A stretch of 64,000 bases of DNA. It comes from a virus. The notes below the pieces were generated by a model, which worked only from the letters and a program-made list of their open reading frames with translations, did no database searches and was not told the DNA's origin. Location: positions 25,997 to 89,996 of the IMG/VR virus record IMGVR_UViG_3300020395_000002. The stretch is one strand, 5' to 3'. Below, piece by piece: positions 20,901-30,986 of the stretch. Made by a program: the position numbers and the translations under genes. Position 1 is the first letter of the stretch. Each line of letters begins with the position of its first letter.

Positions 20901-23900
20901 TCAACAACCCTTGGTCAATCCTACCTAAGTCCTATAACCACACATTAACATATCGTGGTGGTAGAAACGTTTCTAAGACTGGAACTCCTGACTCTGCTTT
21001 AGGTGCTGCATACGGATTTGTAGCCCTTACACTTAATGGTGTTACAATACAAACCTATAACTGGGGTCTTAATACTAATCTTCCTGATGGTACTAACTGC
21101 CCAACAGGATATAGTTTCGATCAAGTATACAACATTAATGCATTTGGTGGTGATAGTGGTAACGCTACTGTAGGATCTGATGGTGCATACTACTATACTA
21201 GTGGTAAGTTCTTCACTGAACTATGGAAAGGTTCCACAACAACTATGGTAGTTACTGTAGTCAATGTTGCTGGTTCAAACAAATACTTTATTGATACTAC
21301 ACAGACACCTAACTTGCAGGTAACTGAAGGTAATACATACTACTTCGATCAGTCTGATTCTAGTAACACAGGATACCCATTTAAGATATCTGAATCACAA
21401 GATGGTATTCATATTCAAGGTGGTACTGAGTATATAACTGGTATTAGATACCAAGGTACTCCTGGTGATGGTCAAGCTGGTACTGGTACTTACATACAGG
21501 TACAACCTGACTCACCAAACTTATTCTACTATTGCTCATTATATTCTGGATACGGTGCTGCTGCTTCTGTAACTACATTAGCAAATACTTCCGCACTTCC
21601 ATCCAATACAAGTGCTGATATTATAAATGCGACTCATCACTCACCTATCATAGGTATTGCTAAGGATGGTTATCCTGTCTATGGTCCTGTAGGTTATGAT
21701 AGTCCTGGATCTACAGCAAGTCTAGCTAGAATGCAATCTGGTTGGACATTAAGATCAACACGTACTGGTACACCTTATACTCCTCAAACATATACTTGGG
21801 GTGTTACTGCTGACGATAATTTAGATTTCGATTTTACAGGAGAAAGCACTGGATCTGATGTTACTATCAATGCTAATGTTGGTGACAACCTAGTATTCAA
21901 TGTTAATGCACAGTATAGCACAGGTGGAGGTGGTGGATCCACTCCACAAACTTACAACTTAGTTGTAACTGCTTCAGGTGCTAGTGATTACACTGTATCT
22001 GGTTCTGACAGAAATGGTAACGTCAATGGTGCAGACCCTACACTAACTTTCTACGAAGGAGATACAGTTAACTTTACAGTCTCTGCTTCTGGGCATCCAT
22101 TCCACTTGAAGACTCAAGCTGGCACTGGTACTTCTAACCAAATACCTGGCGTAACTAATAATGGTACACAATCTGGTACTGTTACTTGGGTTATTGGTAG
22201 TACTGCTGCTGGTACATACTACTACCAGTGCGAATACCACAGTGGTATGGTTGGAACTATGACAGTTCAAACTTCTGGTGGTGGCGGTGGATCAACAATC
22301 ACTCATCCTTTCTGGATCCAGAAAGTTCCAGCTCCTTACAACCCTGCACAGGTAGTAGCTACGGTTGTTAACAATGGTAGTTACAACGCTACTGTATTAT
22401 GGAACACAGCAACTGCTGCTGCTGGTACTTACTACTATGTTTGTGAGATGCATCAAGCAATGACAGGTACTATCACCTTGACAGAACCTGTTGGTTTCTC
22501 ACCAAACGTCAACACATATCCTATGGGATCGTTCATAGAAGACTATGAGTTTACAGATGCTGGTCATTTAGATAATCGTAACGGTAGATTCTGTATCACT
22601 CCTGATTATCCAGGTGGTACATACGCATACTTTATGACATTTGATAACCAAGCGAATCCTCAATTCCCTTATGCTATTGGAAATAGATTCTATGGTGACG
22701 CAGTAGAGTATGGTGAAACTGCATCATCAAACCCAGTGTTTGAGGAACCAGCAGCTGCTGGATCATCTATTGGTACTCAAACTGGTGTTGTTGATAGTAT
22801 AACAGTTGACACTCAGGGTGTTGGATATACAACTGCAACTGTAAGCTTTACTGGAGGAGGAGGTGTTGGTGCTGAGGCATCTGCAAGTCTATCTGTTCTT
22901 GATGGTTATGTCTCTGGATTAAATGTTACTGACGGTGGTACTGGATACTCAACTGCTCCTACTGTTACCATTGCTGCACCAAACGTAGCTGGTGGTGTAC
23001 AAGCAACTGCTGTTTCATCTATCGCAATTACAGCTGGTAACCCAAATAGTATTGTTGACCAATCATTCGATCAAGACTTTAACTGGAGAGGTGGTACCAA
23101 TTATGGTGCTACAACCAATCCTCCTACACAGACACCACTACGTAGCGTTAAACCATATGCTATAACAACAACTGGTGTGTACATATATCATTATAGTAAC
23201 GAGAGTGGACCAACTCCTGGTTGGACATTCAATGACGTTACTAACGAGAACTTAACTGGTGCTGACACATACGGTGGTTATCCTAATAGTCAAAATATAT
23301 ACGGATACAACTCTAGTAAGTTGCTAGAAGCATATCAAACTTCTGATGTACGAAATGGTTCTAATTACATTGGTCTAACATACTATGACCTAGGATATCA
23401 GACTATTACTTATGCAGTAACTGTTGCTGCTAAGACAGCAAGTAATAGCTACTACAACCAAGGTAGTACTGATTGTTACTACCTCCAACAGGCTGGTGGA
23501 TCTGCACAGGAAGCACCTGCATTAGCATTCACTAGAGGTAACACATACATCTTTAATCAAGATAACTCTTCAAACGATGGACATCCATTGTATATTTCTA
23601 CCACTGAGGATGGAATACACAATGGTGGTGTTAGATACACTGCTGGTATAACATACAGACTTAATGGTGTTGCAGTTGATGCTGTTTCATACCTTTCATC
23701 ATTTGATGCTTCAGTATTGAGATCAATTACTATCGTAGTTCCTCTTGATGCACCTGCTACATTATACTATGTTTCTGACGTAGGTATCAAAGAAGGTAAG
23801 GGTATAACCACTAACGATAATATTCAAGGTGACTACAGACGACACGCTAATGGACACTCTAAGATCTTAGGTATAGCATTTGATGGTTATCCTATCTACG

Positions 23901-26900
23901 GACCTTATGGTTATTCTGATGAGATGAATGATAGTAGTTCTGTTATTCGTCTTAAGCCTGGCTATATGTTGAAACTAACAGGTAGAACACCTGATGGATA
24001 TCTCAACCGTCCTTCTACTATTTCTTATCCATATAAGGCATTCGTTGAAGACTTTGAGTATCCTGGTAATGAGACAGATGATTTGACTACAACATTCTCA
24101 GTCTCTGTATCTACTGCTGTAAGTACTGGTAGTGGTGGTCGTTACTTCATTAGTGGTGGTGGACTAGATGGTACTCAAGAGAAACCATCATTCAACTTTA
24201 GAAAGGGTAGAAAGTATATCTTTAATCTATCTGATGCATCTCTAACTACTCACGCTATGCTCTTCTCCGTCTATGGTGACGGTACATCACAGGGCTGGCA
24301 CGTTAGTGGACAGAATGCACAGGATGTAAATGCAGTATACACTGCTGGTATTGTTTATAAGTTAGAAGATGTTGAAGTAGATTATGCTGCATACACTGCT
24401 GGCTTTGATACTGCAACTTTAAGATCAGTAGAGATTACTCCAGCGAGTGATGCTCCACAATCAATATTCTATTTCTGCTATAACCATAGTAATATGGGTG
24501 AGAGGATTATTATTGGTGACCTAGACAAGAGAAATGGTCGCTACTGTAAGACTCCTGACTATCCAAATGGTACCTATGCATACTTCATTACTGAAGATGA
24601 TAACGGTGATCCTGCGTTCCCATATGTTATGGGTAGTGAGTATAAGTCAGATCCTTTATTCCCTGGTGATACAGCATACGAGAGTGACTCATTTGTATAT
24701 GATGTTGGTGGTTTAGAATTAAATGTTCTACAAAATTCTTGGCATCAAATTACTGATGTAGATACTGCTAACACTAGCTTCCAGATCACAGCAAATGCTG
24801 CATCATTTACAGCATCAACAAGTGAAACTGGTGGTAATCTATTGAAGGTTGCTAAAATTACTGGTACACACCAAGAAGGTGATGGTATTGCGAAATGGCA
24901 AGCAATTAATCCTACAACTAACAAGTTGTGGTTCCAGACTGAACAGCAAGAGGATGCTGGTGCTGGTGAAGGATCACAGATAATGATCGTTCCAGTAGAT
25001 ACAAGTACAGATCATAATGCACCTGATCAACCTACATCTACAACTAGAGGTGTTATTACACCATACATTGATCTATTAACTACGTGGTACACACCAGCTG
25101 GTTCTCTAGGTACATTTAATATTGGTGAAACAGTTAACGTACAGTTAGGTGTATCATTCTTAAGAACATATGCTAATGAGACTATAGTTGATAGAGATTA
25201 TACTATTAGTTCTTCAGGACCATTTACTACCAGTGGATTGTCATTTGACACAAGTACTGGTGTATTCAGTGGTACCTTAACCAATACAGAAACGCTCGAC
25301 CTAACATTAACAGTCGAAGAAAATATTTCTGGCCAAACTCAGGAGTATACGATTCAACTAACCAACGTCACAACAACTGCTGCTGACCTTGAATTAGTTT
25401 ATGATGTAGGATCAAGAAACGTTGACTACAACTCAGTTAACAAGACCCACGGTCAACCAGATGATAATGTATCTTGGCTTACTGATAACTGGTACTCACG
25501 TCCTATGTTCTACAAGTCATTGTCTATGATGTTGACTCAGAGTGCATATGACAATGATAGATTTGAGTATGTACCATTCTGGCAGATCTATGCTGACAAG
25601 GGTGCTGGTAGTACTTGGTATAACTTGAATGAGTATGCTAATGCTTCTAGTTGTGCATATGAAGATGATGATTTCTTCGATAACAACGTTGATAACAGAA
25701 ATACACATTACTCATACGTTGAGAGATATGAGGATGTAACAGGACGTGAGATGGGATTTGCTCATCTAGTTCTTAACAAGTGGTGGAAATATGCTACTGC
25801 ATTCTTCCGTTGCAAGATGCGTTTCAGACTTAACTTTGACCTTGTAGCAGTTGGTGCTGACTATCAGGTACAAATTAATGCTGGTGGTTCTACAGTGTAT
25901 GAAGTACCTAAGGGAGCATTCTATCGATTTGATATTAGTGATGCATCTTGGGCTGGTAAAACACTAGAGTACAGACTATCAGCAAATGGACTAACATCTA
26001 CTACTAATGTACGTACTTATGGTACTCCAGGTCAAGCAGGTGCTTGGTCTGAGGTTTATATACCTGAGTCATATAGTGCAGCAAGTATCTTCTTTGGACA
26101 GTCTGGTGGTACTACATTTGCATCACAGCATTTAGACTTTACCACTACTTACACTGCTATTGTAAGTTCTACTGCACAGTTAACAGTTACTAACCTACCA
26201 GCATTACCTGCACAGCCAGCATTGACTCTGTATAGTGGTGCTAATTCAATCACTGCTAACTTATTCTCTGCAAATACTGAGTATGGTGGAGAGACACATT
26301 ATCCAAACACAGTTCCTTATCTAACTGCTGGTAAGTCACCTAAGGAAGGTCGTTTCCCTGTTGTCTTGACCTGTACTGACCAGAACATCGAGTACATTTG
26401 GTTTAGTAAGTCATTCTCTTATGATACTGCTGCTGGCACCAAGTCATTTGCTTGGAAGACACAGTACGAGACATATCCTGACTACATTCCTTTAAGTTCT
26501 CCATACTTTAAGTCTAGAAAGGATGCACGTAATAGTACTTCTACAGTATACGATTGTAACTTAGAAGGTAAAGGAATCTATGTAGGTAACTATATTAACA
26601 CTACTGAAGAGTTCCCAGTACGTAATGATTACGGTGGATATAATATTGAGATACCTATTCAAAACCCATCAGCTTTAGCACCACCTAAGGATGCTTCTGG
26701 TAACGTTATGCGTGCCACTGACCTCCCTTGTAATGGTATACCAGCTGGTGTGAACGAACCATATTCATTCCAGTTGTATGTTTACAACGGAACATACTCA
26801 TCACTATCTAATGAGATTAGTGTTATCTCTAACCCACCTGAACTAGGTATGTGGTGGTATGAGTATTCTAATGGATGGACTGGTACTCTATCTAATGGAT

Positions 26901-27751
26901 ACCTACGTCACGATCAGGGATTTGTAGATACTACATTAACCTGTGGTGATTACTTTGGTAATATCCTAGTAAGATCATTTGTTATTGACGTTGCTGGTGC
27001 ACCATTGAATGCACTACCATACATCGATATCAATACCTTACAGGTTCAGGACTACTATAAGGGTGCACAGAACTTTACTGTTACTGACAACCAGACACAG
27101 GACGTACAGGTATCATATACAATTGATGCTGGCCAGTTCACTTGGAGGTTACGTATCATTAATGAGTTCCCATATATGGAGACGAAAGATGGTGCTAATA
27201 GAACTATCTTCACTCTTAATAATGCTACTCACGCTAATGGTCCTACAGTAGTTAACACTGGTGACTTTAGCACATATACTGGTCAGTTAGCAGCAGCTAC
27301 TGGACTCTTACGTGAGTGTCCCTTCCGTGGTGACACTAATATTAATATGCCAGTTGACTTCTCTGTTAAGAATGATATTCAACCTGCTATCTTCCCTGCA
27401 CGTGGTACACAGAAGATGTATTCACTATGGGTAGAGTTAGTTGAGTCACCATTCACATTGACTGACTTGATTAACCTTACAGCAGTTGCTGATCCTTGTC
27501 AGGATCATACATATGATTTCGCATACACCCAGAACGGTGCTTGCGTCACACCATCTAATGATTACTTCTGTAACTTCATCAAACCATTGAGAGATCGTAA
27601 TCATCCTGAACAACCTATTGTAGGTATGGATGGTATCGCACAGATCAAGGTAACTGATGGTATCACACCAAGAACACTGGACTTCCAAGTTCCAGCACCT
27701 TGGCCAATTCTTTATTCATACTTAGGTGATTGTAACCCCACTTGCTCATAA
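17960..27751 (+). CDS. Giant multidomain virion-type protein with subtilisin-like S8 peptidase, cupredoxin-like and YHYH-like domains (3263 aa)
   Basis: Catalytic motifs ILDTG, HGTQCA, SAGN and GTSFSGP. Also H...CxxHxxM motifs, HSPIIGIAKDGYPVYGP / LDxxNGRFCxTPDYP modules and GSGYTxAPTV repeats. Confidence 0.85.
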   Translation: MQIEEGRIIVQVSKEIEVATVIERAKQRFTSLANTHDLTRFKTLFLDFPSRDQNFITILKSDEFPEVIGAHWDAKMTIKKQDLQNEVGVKHADAFEMAEETYDISNPPAVTPNDPSREDVATYSSTSSDTASALTAQVKPFSYGSVRPWNGSTSTLTYTGIVNVGSYGPKLALLSGGVIYESIALDYMLPNFTIVFSLADASNAGYKWCFSTTPDGTNNGGTEYTTGVTRVGTPGTAGSSVSIALSATTPLELYIYEDTTPTMGMSGSYIPSTTYSFKITIFNKWHLQRISQSTDNLGYGLYSLTEDGENSDIYILDTGVRGASRPADTAGANLHPELYHPDYISDFNGTTEQANYRVYEVPGYNSGITLNGEANSNEDDDGHGTQCAICAAGVTFGVAKKARIFAMKVFNETGTEYTTFASRYINCMLAIANHNDSTHANWKGNTRPAIVNASLGAIIPNRYWPYVYKNEPGFDSGAGESDTLFDDYENYLIESGVIFVRSAGNGFTDGTWAGTYGGYQGKYLVGVRTAGPKDNLHNMEIPDASDKGKITVGATAHNNNFSAFSNYGTITTSAPGESIYCPRWYWNSATPYNQISSSYYTNIDGTSFSGPITAGVLAQWATKMTYQQGVTYEGKPLPQLAKEWLRRPLDWDYIRTYNGATASPVSYEFGGASVQTYPSNTIDEIVFDGLNTTVSTGAASNVLTFNLGSEFSRLNPVLGDQIQIRTPIGIIAQDIISDVWVTSVASPTAAYHKEGGLFNVVSDNHPAPGLYGVFPKAGTSGYVSNLTLSQQGSGYTIAPVVSFSGGGGTDATATAQITLTGGGVTGINVDQSGSGYTEAPTVTISGDGNGATATANISLTGGGIQTVTVTNGGNGYNPLNVPAVAFSGGGGGGAAATAVVTDGIVTGVTITNPGSGYTQAPSVTIAAASPPVQGTTFDIANMFVSGGGSVTTGSLNIVNNALTTVADNLPQPALFGSFPNVNNPWSILPKSYNHTLTYRGGRNVSKTGTPDSALGAAYGFVALTLNGVTIQTYNWGLNTNLPDGTNCPTGYSFDQVYNINAFGGDSGNATVGSDGAYYYTSGKFFTELWKGSTTTMVVTVVNVAGSNKYFIDTTQTPNLQVTEGNTYYFDQSDSSNTGYPFKISESQDGIHIQGGTEYITGIRYQGTPGDGQAGTGTYIQVQPDSPNLFYYCSLYSGYGAAASVTTLANTSALPSNTSADIINATHHSPIIGIAKDGYPVYGPVGYDSPGSTASLARMQSGWTLRSTRTGTPYTPQTYTWGVTADDNLDFDFTGESTGSDVTINANVGDNLVFNVNAQYSTGGGGGSTPQTYNLVVTASGASDYTVSGSDRNGNVNGADPTLTFYEGDTVNFTVSASGHPFHLKTQAGTGTSNQIPGVTNNGTQSGTVTWVIGSTAAGTYYYQCEYHSGMVGTMTVQTSGGGGGSTITHPFWIQKVPAPYNPAQVVATVVNNGSYNATVLWNTATAAAGTYYYVCEMHQAMTGTITLTEPVGFSPNVNTYPMGSFIEDYEFTDAGHLDNRNGRFCITPDYPGGTYAYFMTFDNQANPQFPYAIGNRFYGDAVEYGETASSNPVFEEPAAAGSSIGTQTGVVDSITVDTQGVGYTTATVSFTGGGGVGAEASASLSVLDGYVSGLNVTDGGTGYSTAPTVTIAAPNVAGGVQATAVSSIAITAGNPNSIVDQSFDQDFNWRGGTNYGATTNPPTQTPLRSVKPYAITTTGVYIYHYSNESGPTPGWTFNDVTNENLTGADTYGGYPNSQNIYGYNSSKLLEAYQTSDVRNGSNYIGLTYYDLGYQTITYAVTVAAKTASNSYYNQGSTDCYYLQQAGGSAQEAPALAFTRGNTYIFNQDNSSNDGHPLYISTTEDGIHNGGVRYTAGITYRLNGVAVDAVSYLSSFDASVLRSITIVVPLDAPATLYYVSDVGIKEGKGITTNDNIQGDYRRHANGHSKILGIAFDGYPIYGPYGYSDEMNDSSSVIRLKPGYMLKLTGRTPDGYLNRPSTISYPYKAFVEDFEYPGNETDDLTTTFSVSVSTAVSTGSGGRYFISGGGLDGTQEKPSFNFRKGRKYIFNLSDASLTTHAMLFSVYGDGTSQGWHVSGQNAQDVNAVYTAGIVYKLEDVEVDYAAYTAGFDTATLRSVEITPASDAPQSIFYFCYNHSNMGERIIIGDLDKRNGRYCKTPDYPNGTYAYFITEDDNGDPAFPYVMGSEYKSDPLFPGDTAYESDSFVYDVGGLELNVLQNSWHQITDVDTANTSFQITANAASFTASTSETGGNLLKVAKITGTHQEGDGIAKWQAINPTTNKLWFQTEQQEDAGAGEGSQIMIVPVDTSTDHNAPDQPTSTTRGVITPYIDLLTTWYTPAGSLGTFNIGETVNVQLGVSFLRTYANETIVDRDYTISSSGPFTTSGLSFDTSTGVFSGTLTNTETLDLTLTVEENISGQTQEYTIQLTNVTTTAADLELVYDVGSRNVDYNSVNKTHGQPDDNVSWLTDNWYSRPMFYKSLSMMLTQSAYDNDRFEYVPFWQIYADKGAGSTWYNLNEYANASSCAYEDDDFFDNNVDNRNTHYSYVERYEDVTGREMGFAHLVLNKWWKYATAFFRCKMRFRLNFDLVAVGADYQVQINAGGSTVYEVPKGAFYRFDISDASWAGKTLEYRLSANGLTSTTNVRTYGTPGQAGAWSEVYIPESYSAASIFFGQSGGTTFASQHLDFTTTYTAIVSSTAQLTVTNLPALPAQPALTLYSGANSITANLFSANTEYGGETHYPNTVPYLTAGKSPKEGRFPVVLTCTDQNIEYIWFSKSFSYDTAAGTKSFAWKTQYETYPDYIPLSSPYFKSRKDARNSTSTVYDCNLEGKGIYVGNYINTTEEFPVRNDYGGYNIEIPIQNPSALAPPKDASGNVMRATDLPCNGIPAGVNEPYSFQLYVYNGTYSSLSNEISVISNPPELGMWWYEYSNGWTGTLSNGYLRHDQGFVDTTLTCGDYFGNILVRSFVIDVAGAPLNALPYIDINTLQVQDYYKGAQNFTVTDNQTQDVQVSYTIDAGQFTWRLRIINEFPYMETKDGANRTIFTLNNATHANGPTVVNTGDFSTYTGQLAAATGLLRECPFRGDTNINMPVDFSVKNDIQPAIFPARGTQKMYSLWVELVESPFTLTDLINLTAVADPCQDHTYDFAYTQNGACVTPSNDYFCNFIKPLRDRNHPEQPIVGMDGIAQIKVTDGITPRTLDFQVPAPWPILYSYLGDCNPTCS

Positions 27752-27765
27752 AATAGACTAAACTA

Positions 27766-29730
27766 ATGGCACTAGTATTCCCACCAGCCTTGGGTAATAT
27801 CCCTTCACCTAGTTCGTTAACACCTACGATTTTAGGTACTGCATTTTATGCAGTAACGACTGGTGGGGTTGCTCCTGGCACACATCAATCAACTGATTGG
27901 CAGATCAATACCTCTAGTGGTTTTGAGTCTGCTAATTTTGTATACAACCAAAATGATACAGTTAATCTGACATTTATAACCATACCAGCATCAACACTGG
28001 TATTAAAAACCAAATATTATATACGTTTCCGTTTCCGTGATACGCTTGGTAATATATCTAACTGGTCTCAGACTGGTGAATTTAATACAGGATTGCAGAT
28101 TGAAACACCTTCAATCACTATAAGTTCTCCAACACAATTACAACCTATCATTTCATCATCTGCATATGTTGGTGTTAATACACACAGTAGAAGTGATTGG
28201 CAAGTATCCACTGATTATTATTTCAATACAATAAATCAACAACTGATAGATTCTCCATCATCACTGACTCAGTATTCTGAGGCTAGTGGGTTGTCATACA
28301 GTACATTATATTATGTACGTGTAAGATATAAAGATAATCTAGGTCAGTATTCTGAGTGGTCTACACCAGCATCATTCTATACTGATACATCAACTAATGT
28401 TAACCCACAGATTGATAGACCATCTATCATCAATCCAGCTGATGCATCAAGCAACTCATCATTAACTCCTACATTGACTGGTGGAGCATTTAGTGGTAGT
28501 AATAATGCTACTCACGTGTCATCTACGTGGCAGATAGCATTCTCACCTACATTTGGTAGTAGTTCAACTACTGCACCAGGTGCCACAGGTACTACATCAT
28601 CACAGATAAGTAATACTAGTGGTCTAGTGTATGAAGCATTAAATGATATTAACAATAAGACAACTCTTACAATTAATCCTGGTATTTTAGAGGAAGGTAA
28701 GACATATTATGTACGTGTGAGATACCAGTACGTTGATCTACAGAGTGTACAGTGGAATTCAGAATGGTCTGAACCTATCTACTTCACAACTGTTGATGTT
28801 CCTGGAGAGATACAGTGTCCATTTATCAGTAGTATTACAGAATCTACGATCTATGATAGAATGGACGTAGTTTCCTCAGCATATGTGGCTACACAGGCTG
28901 CTGGACAATCACACGTTCATAGTGATTGGGAGGTATCAACTGATATTGGATTTACTAACGTTGTTATTACTGCACAAGCAGACACTACGAACAAAACTAC
29001 ATTCCCAATTCCAACTGACTCTATCCGTCCATCAACTAATTACTACGTTAGAACAAGGTATTATAATGGAAGTATCTGGTCTGCATACTCAGCAGGTTAC
29101 TTATTCCAGTCTCCTGCAACTTCAACTGGTACTCTACAGGACTTCACAAGAGTCCAGACGGATACGCTTGATGACTTGTCAGTCTCAACTAATAAAATTA
29201 TTAATCTATCAGTCACAAATGAGAAGTTAGCTGATAATACACTAACATCACAGAAGATGGCCATAGGTGGTATCGATGCTAATGCGTCACTTGCAGATGA
29301 TTCTGTAACAGATACTAAGTTAAATAGTGGTACAGGTGTTGAAGCAGTAGTAACTAATACTATTCGTAACCTGAATGTCACAACTCCTAAGTTGGCTGAT
29401 AATGCAGTGACATCAGATAAGATAGACATATCTGGTGCAGTAGATCCTTCTACTCCTATTAACGGACAGATCTTCTATAATACTGCTGAAGATACATTCA
29501 AAACATATAATGGTAGTAACTGGAAAGAGTCAGGTGATGCTGGTGATTACTACATCATTCAGAAACCAACTTCAGCTCAAACTAACCTGACTGTTATTAA
29601 GTCTGGTAGATCTACCAACGTATCATATGCTGAGTATTCAAACCCACTCAATACTCATCAATTCTTTGCACCTGCGGGTTTGCAATTCAATATAGATAGT
29701 AGTGGGCATCTCATCGTCACTGTAAGGTAA
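27766..29730 (+). CDS. Virion structural protein with FN3-like repeats
   Basis: Four repeats H..(S/T)DWQ(I/V)...YYVRVRY...SEWS; C-terminal SVT..KLAD repeats. Confidence 0.75.
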   Translation: MALVFPPALGNIPSPSSLTPTILGTAFYAVTTGGVAPGTHQSTDWQINTSSGFESANFVYNQNDTVNLTFITIPASTLVLKTKYYIRFRFRDTLGNISNWSQTGEFNTGLQIETPSITISSPTQLQPIISSSAYVGVNTHSRSDWQVSTDYYFNTINQQLIDSPSSLTQYSEASGLSYSTLYYVRVRYKDNLGQYSEWSTPASFYTDTSTNVNPQIDRPSIINPADASSNSSLTPTLTGGAFSGSNNATHVSSTWQIAFSPTFGSSSTTAPGATGTTSSQISNTSGLVYEALNDINNKTTLTINPGILEEGKTYYVRVRYQYVDLQSVQWNSEWSEPIYFTTVDVPGEIQCPFISSITESTIYDRMDVVSSAYVATQAAGQSHVHSDWEVSTDIGFTNVVITAQADTTNKTTFPIPTDSIRPSTNYYVRTRYYNGSIWSAYSAGYLFQSPATSTGTLQDFTRVQTDTLDDLSVSTNKIINLSVTNEKLADNTLTSQKMAIGGIDANASLADDSVTDTKLNSGTGVEAVVTNTIRNLNVTTPKLADNAVTSDKIDISGAVDPSTPINGQIFYNTAEDTFKTYNGSNWKESGDAGDYYIIQKPTSAQTNLTVIKSGRSTNVSYAEYSNPLNTHQFFAPAGLQFNIDSSGHLIVTVR

Positions 29731-30986
29731 TGGCAGAATTTTTTATCGACGTAGGTAAGATTAAACTTACTTGGAAAGACCAATGGTCTAGTAGCGTTGA
29801 CTACGTAGCGGATGATCTTGTTCGACACGACGATGGATCAACTATTAGTTCATATATTGCTGTAGCTACCAGTACAAACCAAGCACCATCAACAACAGGT
29901 ACAGTCAATACATCTTATTGGCAACTGTTTGCATCTGGTGGTCTTGCTGGTGGACTACAGCCAGGTGGTAATGCTAGTAATCAAGTACAGTGGAAGGATG
30001 GATTAGCACTGGGTGGTGATTCAACATTCACATATGATGATACAACAGATTTACTTACAGTTCCCTCAATTTCTGTATCAGGTACAAGTACAACGTACGA
30101 CGTTGATGTAACTGGTACTGTACGTGCTACATCATACTATGAAGGTGCTAATCAACTAACATATAATATATCTGGAGCACAGATAACATCTGGTACTGTT
30201 GGTAACTCATATCTACCAACAGATATATCAGTCACTAATCTTACAGCATCTACTGGTCTTAATATTAAGACAGGTGGATTGATATTTGATGACACTACAA
30301 ATCGAGTTGGTGTTAATACAGCAGTACCTGGTACTTCTCTTGATGTCAAGGGAACATCAAGTGATGCTGATATAGTAGTTGGTAGGTTTAGAGCAGACCA
30401 TACTACTGCCAAAGGTACGTACATAGAGGTACAACCTAACAGTGCACAAGCACAGAAGTCTGGTGTACATCTACATAAGAATTCATTACGTACAGAACCA
30501 TTTACCATTGAGAATGATGGTGGTGCTGTAAGTATGCACAATTCTTCTGTAAGTGCACCTAGTATAGATTTAAAATTAAATGGTACTAGTACATTTAACT
30601 TAACACCAACTGTATCACATCTCACTAATTCATTGAGAATTGATGGATGCTTTGATGAAGCAGTTACTGCTGTGACTATTAGTGGTACTAACGTATTAAG
30701 CATAGATGCAACTGTTGCTTCAGTATTTACTGTAACACTAGATAATGCTATAACCACATATAATGTCACACTTCCTACATCGGCACGTTCAGTCACGTTG
30801 ACATTCTTGTTTACTAATACAACAGGTTCTAACCATACTATTAACTGGCCATCTAATACCAAATGGCCAGGTGGAACGTCACCTACAATGACATCGCTAC
30901 AAAATGCTACTGATATTATATCACTATCTACTGTTGATGGTGGTAGTTCTTGGTATGGATTCTTAGGCGGTGCGGAGTTTACCTAA
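29730..30986 (+). CDS. Tail-fibre adapter-like structural protein (paralog 1)
   Basis: N-terminal IDVGKIK.W...Y..DD.V (carbohydrate-binding-module-like); C-terminal KWPGG..PT......DI...T.DGG..WYGF. Paralogous to 32714..33631. Confidence 0.7.
   Translation: MAEFFIDVGKIKLTWKDQWSSSVDYVADDLVRHDDGSTISSYIAVATSTNQAPSTTGTVNTSYWQLFASGGLAGGLQPGGNASNQVQWKDGLALGGDSTFTYDDTTDLLTVPSISVSGTSTTYDVDVTGTVRATSYYEGANQLTYNISGAQITSGTVGNSYLPTDISVTNLTASTGLNIKTGGLIFDDTTNRVGVNTAVPGTSLDVKGTSSDADIVVGRFRADHTTAKGTYIEVQPNSAQAQKSGVHLHKNSLRTEPFTIENDGGAVSMHNSSVSAPSIDLKLNGTSTFNLTPTVSHLTNSLRIDGCFDEAVTAVTISGTNVLSIDATVASVFTVTLDNAITTYNVTLPTSARSVTLTFLFTNTTGSNHTINWPSNTKWPGGTSPTMTSLQNATDIISLSTVDGGSSWYGFLGGAEFT

Noticed and set aside
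30152-30862. 236-aa - strand ORF and other antisense or off-frame ORFs inside structural genes
   Set aside because: They are fully nested in long, motif-bearing + strand genes and are explained by codon bias. No independent motifs were seen.
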